DNA of 64,000 nucleotides, from contig CM120647.1 of NCBI GenBank assembly GCA_051362555.1, forward strand, positions 14,484,651-14,548,650, given 5' to 3'. Under the pieces are notes generated by a model. The model had not been told where the DNA came from, did no database searches, and saw only the letters and a list, made by a program, of their open reading frames with translations. This document shows, in pieces, positions 35,617-49,185 of the stretch. Both the position numbers and the translations under genes were made by a program. The stretch comes from Lingula anatina. Its lineage: Eukaryota; Animalia; Brachiopoda. Position 1 is the stretch's first letter, and the number at the start of each line of letters is the position of its first letter.

Positions 35617-38600
35617 ATGGGTTTAGAAAGGATGAAGAAATGTTGCTTTTGTTGGAACTTGACACAGGGGAGTCTTATCAGCGCCTTGTACACAGCGGTA
35701 AGGGTTTTCTTCAGATCATAATTGTTCTCGTTTTTACCTCTCTTTTTTCCCTTCCGCCTTTCATTCTTTCCTAGTCAGTTATCTTTGCCATCCTTGTCTT
35801 CTTCAGGGTCTTTTTCTTTGTCGTTTTATTCATTCATCTTCATTATTCTTCGTCCTCTTTGTTCTTAGTCGACCTTCTCGTTCATCTCTCTCTCTCTCTT
35901 CGTTTCAACTGTATTGTTTCTACGTTGTCATCTCTTTTAGGTCCCTTTGTTTATCACTGAAACTAGTACTCTTTTCCCATCTTTTATACTATTCAGAATC
36001 TTAATGTATTAGTTCATTATATAATACACGTTATTACCATTTTTCAGCTTGTGTGTTTAGTGTTCATCGGAATTTCTGGAGAAAAACTGGGTTCATATCA
36101 CAGCCGATGGAGTAAGTGGGCATTATTATTTTTTAGTAGAATGATAGATTAGTCCTAAGAATGGCACAACTTGTAGATCACGAATTTACCAATAAATTAA
36201 CAGGAAAACCTCTGTCAACAAAGAAAAACGATTATGTTAAAAACAAAGACGCAAAATGCCTGTCTGATATTCTTACATCACGCGAACATGCTTCTATGCA
36301 CTTATGTTGTCCAGAAATGGTAAAAAAAACATAATGAAATAAAGATTAAAACAGAAATTAAATGTAAATGTAAAATCTACCGGACATATCGACATTTCTG
36401 TATACTTTACTGTTACCGTTAATGCAGGGTTTCCACACGTCCACATCGGGTTTTACACCGCGGTCCTGTGTTTGTCCATTGTGATGTTGGTTGGGTGTGT
36501 TATGTTGGCCAACGGAGTGTCCAGGGTGAGTTATCCCCCTTAATTTTCACCCCCACCCCCCTCTGTCCTCTCTCCGCCTCTCCTCTTACCCCCCCTCTCT
36601 TTTTCTCTTTTTGTCAAGTTTTTCTCTGCTGAGCATATCATAAATAAACATAATTTTGAGCAGTTGAAAGAACCATCATAAGTTTTTAATAAAGAAAATA
36701 TGCCTTTAGTTGAAAAAAAAAAAAAAAAACTGAAGCATTTACGTATGTAGATTGGTGTACTTGCATTTCACTGGCGTGTATTCTATAAACTATGATATGC
36801 TATATGTATTATATATTGTAAGAGTTTTTGTGTTAATTTACTTTTATTTTTGTAGAAAAGTAAATACTTCTTGATACCTTGGATATTATTCGAACCGATA
36901 TGGACTGTCTTGGCACTTTGTGCGGCCGTGGTGCTGCCATCACGTGAGTATTTATGCAATTCAAATTAAAAAAAAAAAATCTACGCGGCTGCATTGCGTG
37001 TGCTTGTATGATAATAATAAATCTCAACGGAGGCCCTGTTGATTTATTATGGACGAAAACATTGTTCTTGTACATGTTTATCTAATATGGCTGCTGAATC
37101 ACCAGATGTCGTGTCACTAATTTTAATGGGGGGGAGGGTATAAAAATCACCTCTTTTCATCCTTCAGTTAGGGCCTACATATGCAAAGTGCTTTGATATG
37201 AACTTTATAAAATAAAGATCTCTTTTTTTCAATTTATAAGTAAAGTATTTTAAAGTAAATGTTGTTTTTCTAAAATAATCATAGTGGATGTTTCAGATAT
37301 ATTATGAAACAGATGATTTTTTATATTTATTCTCACCTGTATTACTGTTTATCTGTCTTTTAGTATACCCAACAGAAGTTGGTAATCCAGAAGACTTAAC
37401 CCCGTCCATTGTTGGCGTTGTGTTTATGTGTCTATTGAACGTGAGTGTTCTTTTAGATTGTTGACCTTAATTTAAAGGTGAAAGCTACGAAATAGACGAT
37501 TAAAGTTGTAGATGTTTTTAGTTTTTTTAAACATTATGATTGTCGTTTACGTGATATTAATCCAGTATAAATTGGACATGACTTACAGCTTCATTCTTAC
37601 ACAAACAGCATAATTTAAATTTTAAGCACCGTCCGTCATTTTAGTTCAGAAATAAGGAAATGGGCCATCTGTTATAGTTACAAACTGAATAACAGATAAA
37701 TTACCAAGAATTGTGCCCAGTTTCTTTGGAGTAACCCCTTCTGTGCTATTATGCTGTAGGTTTTGTTGACCCCATGATCGTTTATTTCCAGATATACGCT
37801 CTTATTTGTGTCTGTTTCTTCTACTGGGAACTGTCCAAGGAGCCAGCCAACGCAAAGGTACTTAAACAAAATTGAAAAAGGAATAATAAAAAAATGTAAA
37901 TATTGTACATGTGTTGGTTTTTTCTCCATCAGCTGAGTCGAGATGTCATAAAGAGAATCACCCATTTAATTGGCCCTACTCTGGCTATATACGTGCTGGC
38001 GCTTTTACGTTGCATTTATTTATCTATTTATTTATTTATTTCAGAACATGGCCCCTCTTGCTTCAGTCCTCGTCGGTGGGTTCAAAGACGCAGACACGTT
38101 GATAAGGAAAAGTTTCCGTCGCTCCAAAAAGTGGGGTCGCAATCAAGCGCGCCGCATCAGCATGCGAAAACCGCGCAACTGGATGAAAAAAGAAGGGGAA
38201 GGGGCGAATGCTGATGGAACACCAAACTCAAGAACGCCGAGAAACCGAACCCCGAGGTCGATGAACGGTCCCTCTCGCCCCCCAGGTTCAGCTACGCGAG
38301 ATGAAGTTGTGGCCAATGGCGTCGCCGCCCGTTCTCCAACTGAGGATTCGTATGCCCCGCCTTCGTACACCGACGTCAGCCGTCAGAATATGAGGCCCGA
38401 AAGGGGTAACCAGATTGTCATGTCCCCTGCTAATTTGGATGTGAGATATTCCCGATCTCCTGCCGAACCCCGGGATCAATATGGTGGTTATAACGCGGCC
38501 TCGGTGCAGCCACAATCCAGAGGTTATTTTGGAGATCAGCGTTCTCCAGCTTCGCCTAACGCGTACCAAGGTCTTCAGAGGTAATTTGCTCTTTAATATT

Positions 38601-38703
38601 CAAATTGGCATTTTGCTTCAATAAATAAAAAGGAAACGATGAGGATAAAAAGATGAAAAACTGTACATGTTGCAACAGAAGTTTCGTCATGAGCAAAATT
38701 GCT

Positions 38704-38742
<39 letters not shown>

Positions 38743-39167
38743 TTCTGGTTAATTGTAACAATGGTTTCGTTGTCAGATCTTCTCAAGAAACAGATCCACG
38801 CATGCGTGACCAGTATGCCTCCCTGTCTGGAGCCCAGTCTTATCAGAACAGAGATACTTACGAACCACGTGGTTATAGGTCGCCACAAGGTCAGGGTCAA
38901 CCACCACGTGGTTACGACACGCCGTCATCGGGAGGATCACGAGGTGCCCCACGTGACTATTCCCGTGGCTCTGGCAGCGCCCCCTATTACCAAAGGCCGT
39001 ATGACTCTCGCACACCTCGGTCAGACGACAGGGCGGCGCTGCATGCGCCGAGGCAAGCGGCAGATAGTAGAAGGAGATTATATGAAGACGAGGATGATGG
39101 AGGATTTGTAAATACGGCCTACACCCCTGACACGCCCTCAAAGAATTTTGCAGAAACTTACATCTGA
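35617..39167 (+). CDS. Four-TM membrane protein (LAPTM/DUF4728/pasiflora-like) with long disordered cytoplasmic tail, ~466 aa
   Basis: Phase-consistent exons 35617-35697, 36048-36111, 36428-36525, 36856-36943, 37364-37440, 37792-37857, 38045-38580 and 38777-39167. N-terminal KKCCFCWNLTQGSLI, YFLIPW at the start of TM3, IYALICVCFFYWEL closing TM4; tail contains PPSY and ends ETYI. Confidence 0.8.
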
Positions 39168-39944
39168 GTTGTGTATTAAATATGACTGTAGGGCTACCAC
39201 AGACCGCGTACTTAGGGAGATGCACCTTTTGAAGAAAATTTCGATTGAAGGAAACATATTTGTTTCTTTAAAGGCTACGTTAAGTCGTTCATGATGCACA
39301 AGTTTTTTTTTTTTTGTTACGCGGTGTTCACAAAATTATTTACCAGATTATATACTGGATTCATTGACATTATTCAGTGAAACCGTAACCTGGTGTCTCC
39401 TTTCTCCTGTCTGGCGTGGTTAAACCACCACGCGTTTTGAAAGTGAACTCTTGAAGTTCGCCTCTTCACTATCTGCACTATCAGCGCTAACACGCCACTG
39501 TGTTTTTGTCACCGAGGAAAAAAAGCAGACGCCACGCTGCAAATTTTAAACAAAAAAATTCAGCGAGATTTATTTCTAATCCAGTTATTCACTTGTTTGG
39601 CAAAGCTGTATATGTACGTGTTCCTAAGTGAAAGGCCACCTGTCCATTTGCAGATACAAATGATCACACCTATTAAAATCAGTCAGGCTGTATACCTACC
39701 ACTAATTAACTATACCATGTGGCCCATTTCTTTCATTGCCGTGACGCATTCAGGGTTTCCAATATGGCGCCGACTATATCCGCTCAGGATTTAACAGACT
39801 GAGATTAAAGTTTGCAATAACCAAGATGTTTAATTATTCTTGATAAAGGACCATGACTTTGAGTCCGTATTTAAGTGTGGCTATTTGCTGTTGAATTCAC
39901 TGAAGCGATGTATTTTTCTACAACCTACGCGTAGCTCTCTCTTT

Positions 39945-40282
39945 CAGGCCTACCCAACTACCAGACTCGCCACTGATTGATTCCGAATTCACCGGTAGAT
40001 CGGACCACACTACCCGTTTTTAAGGTGTGCGTCAGTACGCATTTCTTAGAATCATCCCTCGGAAGAAAATCTGAGATGAGATACACTACTTTCCAACCCC
40101 GCTCAGAATCATCACTGTATCACATCGCGTAGGCCTACTAGCTATAGGCAAGAGCGGTGTCGCGTCTGTTCCTTTGAAGCGCGTATACGTACTGACGCAC
40201 ACCTTGGAAACGGGTAGTGTGGTCCGATCTACCGGTGAATTCAGGATCATTCGGTGCCGAGTCTGGTAGTTGGATAGGCCTG
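39945..40282. mobile_element. MITE with ~95-bp terminal inverted repeats
   Basis: CAGGCCTACCCAACTACCAGACTCG...GAATTCACCGGTAGATCGGACCACACTACCCGTTT is mirrored at 40187-40282. Confidence 0.75.
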
Positions 40283-41157
40283 TCTTTAGACCATGTGATT
40301 ACTGGCTTAATATCTAACTTACTATTAGTAAAAACAGAAACTCTCTCAAACAAAAATTGATATAAAACAAATTAAGGCTGTGTTGGGAATGTATTATTAT
40401 TTATTGCTGTGCTTTTAATGCCTGTCATTTATAGACAAAGTACTGACACATAAATTTATATAGTTAGTTTAAAACTGTTTTATACAAACAGCATAACTAT
40501 AGGCACATTTCTCAACAATTTCTCTTAAGAAGTATATATCGTAGAAATGATATTTTTGTTAATATATCTATTAGAATAATTAAAATAATATTTATATATA
40601 TGGACTGGCTTGTCTTAGTTGAAGGCTGCACTCTCTGAGTGCTATTCACTGGGCATCAGTTTCAGCCGAAAATAAACATTTGCTCGTGACTGATCTGGTC
40701 AAAAGCTCTATTGCTGCCAAAAAGGCGCCGACTATGTAAATCAATTGCAGCATGCGACTAGAGCCTTTAACATAATTTTCATATGAGAAAATGTGGACAG
40801 AAACACCATTGCTGGTTTAGAGTACTGCAAAGCTGGGAACAATAGTAGCGCAATTTTATATATGTACACCTCTCAACTTCATATTTTGCTTTTTGATATA
40901 TGTTTCGTATTTGCTCTACAATGCATGTACATACTGTATATATACATAAATGATTCATATGTATTAAAAATTTAATCTGAAATGTTTGTGAATTGTGAAA
41001 GTGATAATTATATCTAACTGAATTAATTGATATTTTCTATGACCACCATGCATTTATTTATTAATTTGGATCCCTTCTTATGATAACGTTTATACTGAAT
41101 GGGCAATCCGAAGTTCCCTTTTTTTACACAAAAAAAAAAAATAAAATAAATAAATAA

Positions 41158-41161
<4 letters not shown>

Positions 41162-41223
<62 letters not shown>
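41162..41223. repeat. (TA)n microsatellite
   Basis: About 31 perfect AT units; a similar tract lies at ~59815-59883. Confidence 0.95.
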
Positions 41224-41226
<3 letters not shown>

Positions 41227-43005
41227 GAAAAGTCATTTTCTCCTACTTCCGTCCCGTCCCTGTACTTGTATTCGATATTTAATATCACTTTTATCTTATG
41301 GTTTAGTTTTAAGTGTCGGCTCGTCTGGTACTCTTATTTGAGGGATTCTATCTTTCTTAAGGTCTGAATTGGGTGCGATTAGCAGCTTTGTTGGATATGA
41401 AGACACTGAACCTTTCAATCGGGCATACTAAACCTTAACAGGCACTGCATGGAAATATTATGGTTATAGATGGGAAATGTATGTGGACAGCGTACTTTGG
41501 TCCTCAGGAAGATAATCCCGAAACCTGTAAACCAATTTTTTTTTTTTTCAGTGGTTCTTTAGCAACCAACATTTCGCCTGTTTTATCTTAAGTAGATTAA
41601 ACATTACACATGAAGTCGCCCACTTGAAGTTATTTGAACTACACGTGATAGGCCTACCATAGTGCGGTCCACACATCCACTGATAGCAGGTTTACAGTAT
41701 ATGCCACACATTAACTTGGTCAACCATGAGGTAATAATTAACAGAGGATAAATACTGATAACCTTTAATCCTTCCATGATCAATAAATCGATGTAACGAT
41801 CCGCACTTGTTGTGCGCAGCTTCTATATATATATATATATATACTTAGTCTCCCTCCATTACGGCAATCTTTCGCCAAACGATAAAGATATTTTACTTTG
41901 CTCTAAATGAGATTCTTAAAATGGTTAGAAATTTTGCGAACTTCAGGTTTAAACCATTATATTTCAATTTAGATGTTATGTGACAATTTTTTGTTTCATT
42001 TCCACCATTTTTAACTGGTAAGTCGCAAATTAATAATGAACTTTCTCAAAGAGTCTTAAACTTAATATTCATCATATTAGAATTTTGAAAACATAATGTT
42101 AATATTAATTATTATACTAATTATAATATTAATTATCATACTAATTATAATATTAGTATGAACTAATAGTATGAACTATCAAACCATGCCATGTTGTATA
42201 ATACAGCTGAGACCAAAATGATAACGCGACGGAGGGCCCAGTTTTGTGATAGCAATAAATTAACTATGGCCTAATTTGATAGGCACGTGAGAGGTAGCCA
42301 AGTTCATAATTCAGACTGCGGTATACGACATCAGTGGAGCCTCCACACTTACTACCTAACAATTCTGAAAAACGTTACTGTAACACGGGGGACCTTTTAA
42401 GAGCACCAAGGTGATGACGACATTAGGACTGCCCCACCCGTAAAAATCAACCTGAAATAAGGAGCTCGCTGTAAGTATAGTATTAGTATAAATTAACGTA
42501 AAGATTCGACGTTTAAACGTACTCTAGCTAGGATCACGGTAAGTTAAAGGGTTTATACCCTATCGACGAAAATTAGGCAAATATTGAATTGGTGCCACTG
42601 TCTTGTAATCTGACAACAAAGGGGCCTTTTTCACAAGGAGCGGTATACTTTGGTGATGCAGCCTGTATCGGTACACTTTGGCGATATAGTCCGTGTACAC
42701 TTTGAGAGACTAATCACTCAGTAGAGTGGCTATTATATATAGAGTGCCACCCAAACGGAGCCATCTTTCTCAACACGGCCAGGAAATTAAAACTCGATCA
42801 GCTTCACAGCTGGAGGCGCGCACTCTTGTGAAGAGCACATATAAACTGTAGCGGTACAAGTTATAGAGGTACTTATCAAAATATTATTAATAATAATAAT
42901 GAAACGAATTAATAAATACATAAGTGAATACCCTTCAATTGCCGCCCCAGGAACATGTATAAACCATAGAGGACTAACCGGTGCCTAAGGTACAGAGCTG
43001 ACTAT

Positions 43006-43212
43006 GGCAGCATTCACAACCAGTTGATCCGCGGACTAACTGATTCCCCGATCAAATATGGCCGACCCGCTTGAAAATTAAGCTTGGCACATAATCCCTT
43101 AAACAATAGACACTGAATAGATACCCTGTAGGGGTTATGAGGCAAGCTTTCAAATGGATCGGCCATATTTGATCTGTTAGTTCGCGGATCAACTTTGGTT
43201 GTGAATAAGGCC
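43006..43212. mobile_element. Harbinger-like MITE, family B
   Basis: TIR ATTCACAACCA..GTTGATCCGCG..ACTAAC; core GATCAAATATGGCCGACCC.CTTGAA is shared with the copies at 54571 and 55038. Confidence 0.7.
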
Positions 43213-43571
43213 TAGGCTATATGTAAACCTTAATATTAAACTGTATACGTTTTTGTGACATATAATTCATTTGAAATCAGTTAAATTATTTTGTGCCAAG
43301 CGGAAAACGGCATTAGGCCTATAACCTGAAAGTGTTGTTTTTCAGATTTTTCTATGGACTGGACCTCAATAAAGAAACGCAGCCTTATTTTGGACTTGAG
43401 GTTCAATCAGAAATTAATCTCATTGTGATAAAAGGGATCGAGACGTTGGGAAGGTTTCATAATTTAATAACAAAGGAATCAGCAGTCTTCAGTAGCTGAA
43501 GTATCCTTCTCCTCGGGGAAACCTTAGAAATTAACGTAGCCTACTGCACGTACTCGTCGAGGCCCTACAAC

Positions 43572-43617
43572 ATGGATGAGAGTGAGCCCATCTTGGACTT
43601 CAGGTCGGCAAAGAGAG
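43572..43617 (+). CDS. Sialin-like alternative first coding exon 1a ([15 protein letters not shown])
   Basis: ATG in AACATGG context, phase-1 donor AG|GTGAGT, acidic dileucine-type motif ESEPIL. Confidence 0.65.
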
Positions 43618-44223
43618 GTGAGTCGAAGGCCTTCAACAACATTTCGTAATTATATATGTATTCACGTACTTCTCGGGTTTGGAATGGGAGTGCAATATTG
43701 AAGAAATTAGCTAGACCTGTTATTGCTGTTAATTTGTGTCCCTGGTGGAGATCTGACGTAGGGTTTGTGTAAGATCATCCAAAAGTCCTGTTTTATTTAT
43801 TTATTTTTTTTATTTATTTTCAATTCTTCACTTAGAAGTCCTTTCCCATTCCTTTTTCTTAATATATGGAAAATTATGCCCCTATGAATTAAACGATTCA
43901 TGTTATGTGCAAAATCCGATAACGGATGACCTGATGGTGATAACGAGGCTGATATGTGGAGTGTGTGAAGACATGGCAGATAGAGAGGAGAGCGAGACAG
44001 ACAGCGACAGTGAAGTCGACGAAGATATTAGTCCATTAATATCTCCTCCAGTTAGACAGATAGGTATCGTTTGTTCTGTTCACTTTTGATGTCGAATAAG
44101 ATCAGTGAAGCAACTATATCGATTGTAGCTGTGTGCTGACAGCTGATCATGCCTTGAACGAAGCCGTTGATATTTATACTGCGAAGCAGGTAGCAACAAC
44201 CCCTCCCCCACGCCCCGTGGCAT

Positions 44224-44261
<38 letters not shown>

Positions 44262-47200
44262 ACAGTGTGCCCCATCCCCCAATTCATGTTCTTCTTTCTG
44301 GCTGCTGCAATTCTTTTATTTGATTCATGTAAGTTTCTTCTCACAGGCGCATTTTGCTTCAAGCAATGACCTACCTGTACATATGTACATACAAACATGA
44401 ACCTGCACTTTGTAAATGACGTTTTGTCATGCCATATTGTATTGCTGCATAAGGAAAGGAGGAGGCTGGGGGGGTAAGTCATGGTACTTCTCTATACACC
44501 CCCTATCTTGCCTGCATACTATATACCTCAATTGTTTCTGTCCATACATATCATGATTTATTATTATTTTCTTAATTTCTTTAATTAAATAATAATAAAT
44601 TAATCAATTGATTGATTTGAAAATATATATATATATATGAACATTTATCTATATACATATATCTTTTTAGAGAGTACAGGAGGATTTTTCTCATGCCGCA
44701 ATGTGTTGGCACTGATGGCATTCATGGGCTTTGTGAATGTCTACGCACTCCGCGTCAACCTCAGCGTTGCCCTTATCGCCATGGTCAACGAGACGGACTC
44801 CAAGTCCCTGAACTCAACTGATGGACAATGTCCAGTGACAGAAGTGAATTCAACATCACCTTTTAAAAAGAATGGAGTAAGTCTAGAGGATGGTACAGAT
44901 GTTTATGTGGGTTTTATGTACTGTACCTTCTACCAGGGACATGGATTTATTGTTCACTAGATATCCACAGATACAGTTGTATGTCTCTGGGTTAATTCAT
45001 GGTTTTTCTCTGCACTGCAAGAAAAATCCACATAGAAACTGTAGCCCTGGTAGAGGGTACGTTATATGTGGGTTTTATTTGCAATCTGTATCTAAGACCC
45101 CATTCCCAGAGATTAGATCGATCCAACTAGACCGGCCTAACTCCCTAGGGGTTCAGGCTAAATGGCTGTCAGCCGAGCAGGCACAAAAGTTAATTACCCC
45201 CTTACAGCTTGTAGTAGGCGGGACGGACATTTAAGCCGGATTATCTGACAGTAATCTAGAGACTTCCCATGAGGATAGATCGATCTAAAATCTATGGGAA
45301 TGCGCCCTAAAAGTCATACAGAGGCCTTGTTCTAGAATATATTAATATAATTTTGATGACTTATATACTCAAACTTAATAAAAATTCATAGGCGTTTTAT
45401 ATAATGACCAAATATGTTAAATTTTACTTTTCCTGCACATATATTAATAATAATAGTTGTTACAGTATTCTATGGAGTTTTAAGACACTTCCTTTATGAA
45501 ATCTCCAGACCCTTTTTATTATCAGTAATTGGAACTGCAACTTTGTTTTCGAAGTGCTAGTATAGATTGATTTAGTTTCAGATTTGTCTGTTAGGTTACG
45601 AGATGAAGTCATTTATGATAAATGTTCATAATTTTCCAGAAATGTAAGTAATTTTTTTTCAATTCCAGAACTTTAACTGGGATGAAAACCTTCAGGGTCT
45701 CATTCTGGGTGCCTTCTTCTATGGTTACATCACCACCCAAATCCCTGGGGGTTGGCTGGCCAACTGGATGGGGGGGAAGGTCCTCTTTGGGGGCGGAATA
45801 TTTATAACTGCTTTGCTGAGCATTGTGATTCCAATCTGTGCCAAAACCAGTGTGTCTTTACTGATAGCTGTCAGGGTGGTACAGGGAATAGGAGAGGTGA
45901 GGTTGTTACAGGAAATACGATTGGATGATATTAGTCATATGTTTTGTTCTGTGAATTTTGATTGGTCACTTCTGTGTTTGAAGTTGTCATCCTGATTGAA
46001 AACTGATGTGATTGCTTTGTTGCAACGGGCAGTTTGATTGGTTAAAGGTGTGATTTTAATTGGTCACAATTGGCATATGTTGATATTATTTATTTAAGAA
46101 ATAAAGAAATGCTGAGAAATGATAAGAATTGCTGGTACAGGTTTTATAATTGGTTGATATTGATCTATCTTTTTATTTTTCATAACATAGTATTATGTGA
46201 TTATTTTTTGTGATCAAAATGCTATCGATTCTAATATGTAATTGTAAGGGGGTTCTGGAATTACAGAATTGAGTATTGAATAAACTATTATTTTTTTGAT
46301 AATTTATATAATATTGATCGCTTGATGAATATTCTGAGTTATTTTGATCACAAGAATTTAACAGTGTCACTGGATAATTGATTATACGAAGTACTAGTAG
46401 GCTGTTTCAATCTCTGCTGTATCAATATATATGAAGTTTTTTTTTTAATCCCAGGGTGTCACATTTCCCGCCATGCATGCTATGTGGGGTCGGTGGGCAC
46501 CACCATTAGAGAGGAGTCGACTGGTTTCTTTTAGCTACGCAGGTATACACTTCTCACTTGAATTTTGGTACAAAAATATTTTTCTGTGATAGAATAAATG
46601 AATCAGTTATGAACATGTTAGGGTATTGCAGAATATAATTTAGTGGACCGTTATTGTCATTTAAAGCTTAGAGCTAGTTTTAATTTAGATAGTTTTATAT
46701 ATTGGTCAATTTAATTAACAGAAGTATAATGTAATTAAAGCAAAAAATAAATCATGATTTAGATAAAATCGAATGTTAACAATTCATAACTAAGTTGTAA
46801 GTTGAAAAAATATGAATATGTGGTTTAGAGTTTCACTCAAATGTCAACAGTAAAGGTTACCTGAAGGTTTCTAGTGGCATGTATTGTAACAGAAATAATT
46901 TCATTTGATTGTTTCAGGAGCTCAACTGGGCACTGTTATAGCTCTCCCCATCTCAGGGTACCTGTGTCAGTCATCACTTGGATGGGAGTCAGTGTTTTAT
47001 GTATTTGGTGAATTGACATTTTATAATATGCTTTATATAGTATAACAGTAGTCTTATCTAGTATATGTTTGTTATACGTATTAAATATAGTATTATGTGA
47101 TGCTAAATAACAGTATTTTTTCGTGATCAAAATGCTATTGATTTTTTTTTCTTGGTAAAATGTCATTGAAAATTGTTAGTTATTTTAAATTTGCATTTTG

Positions 47201-47847
47201 TGCCAAAAGGTGGCGTTGGCTGTGTCTGGTATGTTGCCTGGATGATATCAGTTTAATATATTAAAATGTTAGTTTATCTTTCCTGCCAAAAGGTGGCGTT
47301 GGTTGTGTCTGGTGTGTTGCCTGGATGATATCAGTTTAATATATTAAAATGTTAGTTTAATTATCATTTGTGCCAAAAGGTGGCGTTGGTTGTGTCTGGT
47401 GTGTTGCCTGGATGTTCATAGTCTCTGACAGCCCAGCAAAACACCCCAGGATAAGCAGAGAGGAGAAAGACTATGTGGAAACCAGCATTGGTGTGGATAA
47501 ACACAAGGTGGGTGTGTTAAGGGGGGGGGGGGGGGTTGGTAGGGGGAGGAGGGGGGTAATCACAGCCCAGTAAAATTTCTCAAATATAAGCAGAGAGGAG
47601 ACAGAATTATCTGAATAGAAACCAATACATTGGTATGGAGGCGTTAGGATGAGTGAGTTGTTGAGTTAAAGACACATAAGGGAAAATGTCGGAAAACATA
47701 CTATGAGAATACAACCACATGAGAATTCTTTAATATAATTATCATCCAGGATGAGTGCATCAAAAAATGAAAATTGAAGACAGCTTATTTCTTGTGTTTG
47801 GAAAAAAAAGGTAAACATAAAGGGCATTCAAAGAAAAAATAAATATA

Positions 47848-47878
<31 letters not shown>

Positions 47879-49134
47879 ATTGATCATGCCAAGTTATTAA
47901 GTTGACTAAGTACATTTATCTCATTAATGGTAATTAACCTTATATTTATTTTCATTTTCAGGATTTAAAGACACCTTGGTTCTCCATTTTAACCTCCATG
48001 CCATTCTGGGCAATCCTGATGGCTCACATGTGCAATAACTGGGGGTTCTATACACTCCTGACCACCCTGCCCAAATACATGAGAGAAATCCTCAAGTTTG
48101 ATATAGCACAGGTGAGGTTCATATGTGTGTTGGTGTTGGTTTTCAGGTTATTCTGCTTTCTCAAGGACATTTCTACTCTCAGTCAAGTCACTGCAGATTA
48201 TTTTCTATAGGCATAGTTTGTTTTGAAATTTGGGGAAATTGCAGTTTTTTTTTTTTAATTTTGTTTATAAGCAAAACTTGTTCAGATTTAGTGTTTTTTT
48301 TTTCAAATGAATATCAGCTTTATATATATATATAATAATATTTTTTTTTAAACAGAATGGCTTCCTGTCGGCTGTGCCATATCTGTGCATGTGGATTATA
48401 GGAAATGTATCAGGGATATCGGCTGATTATTTACGTCATAATAAAATACTGTCAACAACTGCAGTGAGAAAACTCTACAATGGCTTAGGTGAGATTTATA
48501 CTCATTTACCTATGTGTGCATGTCTGCGTGGGTGGGTGCGTGCTTGTTTGTTTGTGCCAATGTTATTGTGGAGGAAGTGAGATGTTCACTTCATCCTGTA
48601 GCAATAGACCTGTCTACCTATTTATTTATCAAGGTCTGTAGTCAACAATTTCAAAAGGAGTGAAAGTTCTTTTCCTGACCTAATGACCTTAATTTGTATC
48701 TCTTTACTTAGTGTTCCCAATTTGAGAAAAAGCATAGAACCTCTGTCAGAGTTTTCTTTCTGGTCACTGTTCTTTCCCCTCAAACCCCCTGACCACAGGC
48801 CAAGTGCCTGTGTGTCTGTTTGTCTTTTATTGGATACAAGTGATCCTTATACTGTGAAATCTCTCTCTCAATCTCTCTCTGTCTCTCTTTCTCCCTCTCT
48901 CTCTCTCCCTGTCTCTCTCTCTCAGCTGCCTACATGTTTTTTTGTATTTACTTCAGGTTTGATGTTTCCAGCAGTTTTCTTAATATGTGTAACTATCATA
49001 AAATGCAACCATGTTCTGGCCGTCTTGTTCCTCTCCATGGCGGTGGGGTTAGAAGGCATGATCTATGCAGGGTTTAATGTCAACCACCTTGATATTGCTC
49101 CAGCATATGCAGGTGAGGACTAGAGTGCAACCAC

Positions 49135-49185
<51 letters not shown>

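Noticed and set aside
38143-39225. Overlapping antisense and alternate-frame ORFs in the tetraspan tail exons
   Set aside because: These are expected by-products of GC-rich coding sequence, with no independent splice or start support.
45631-45668. Possible 4-nt microexon (CAG|AAAT|GTAAGT) before sialin exon 3
   Set aside because: It would shift the frame, and the following intron would be only 25 nt.
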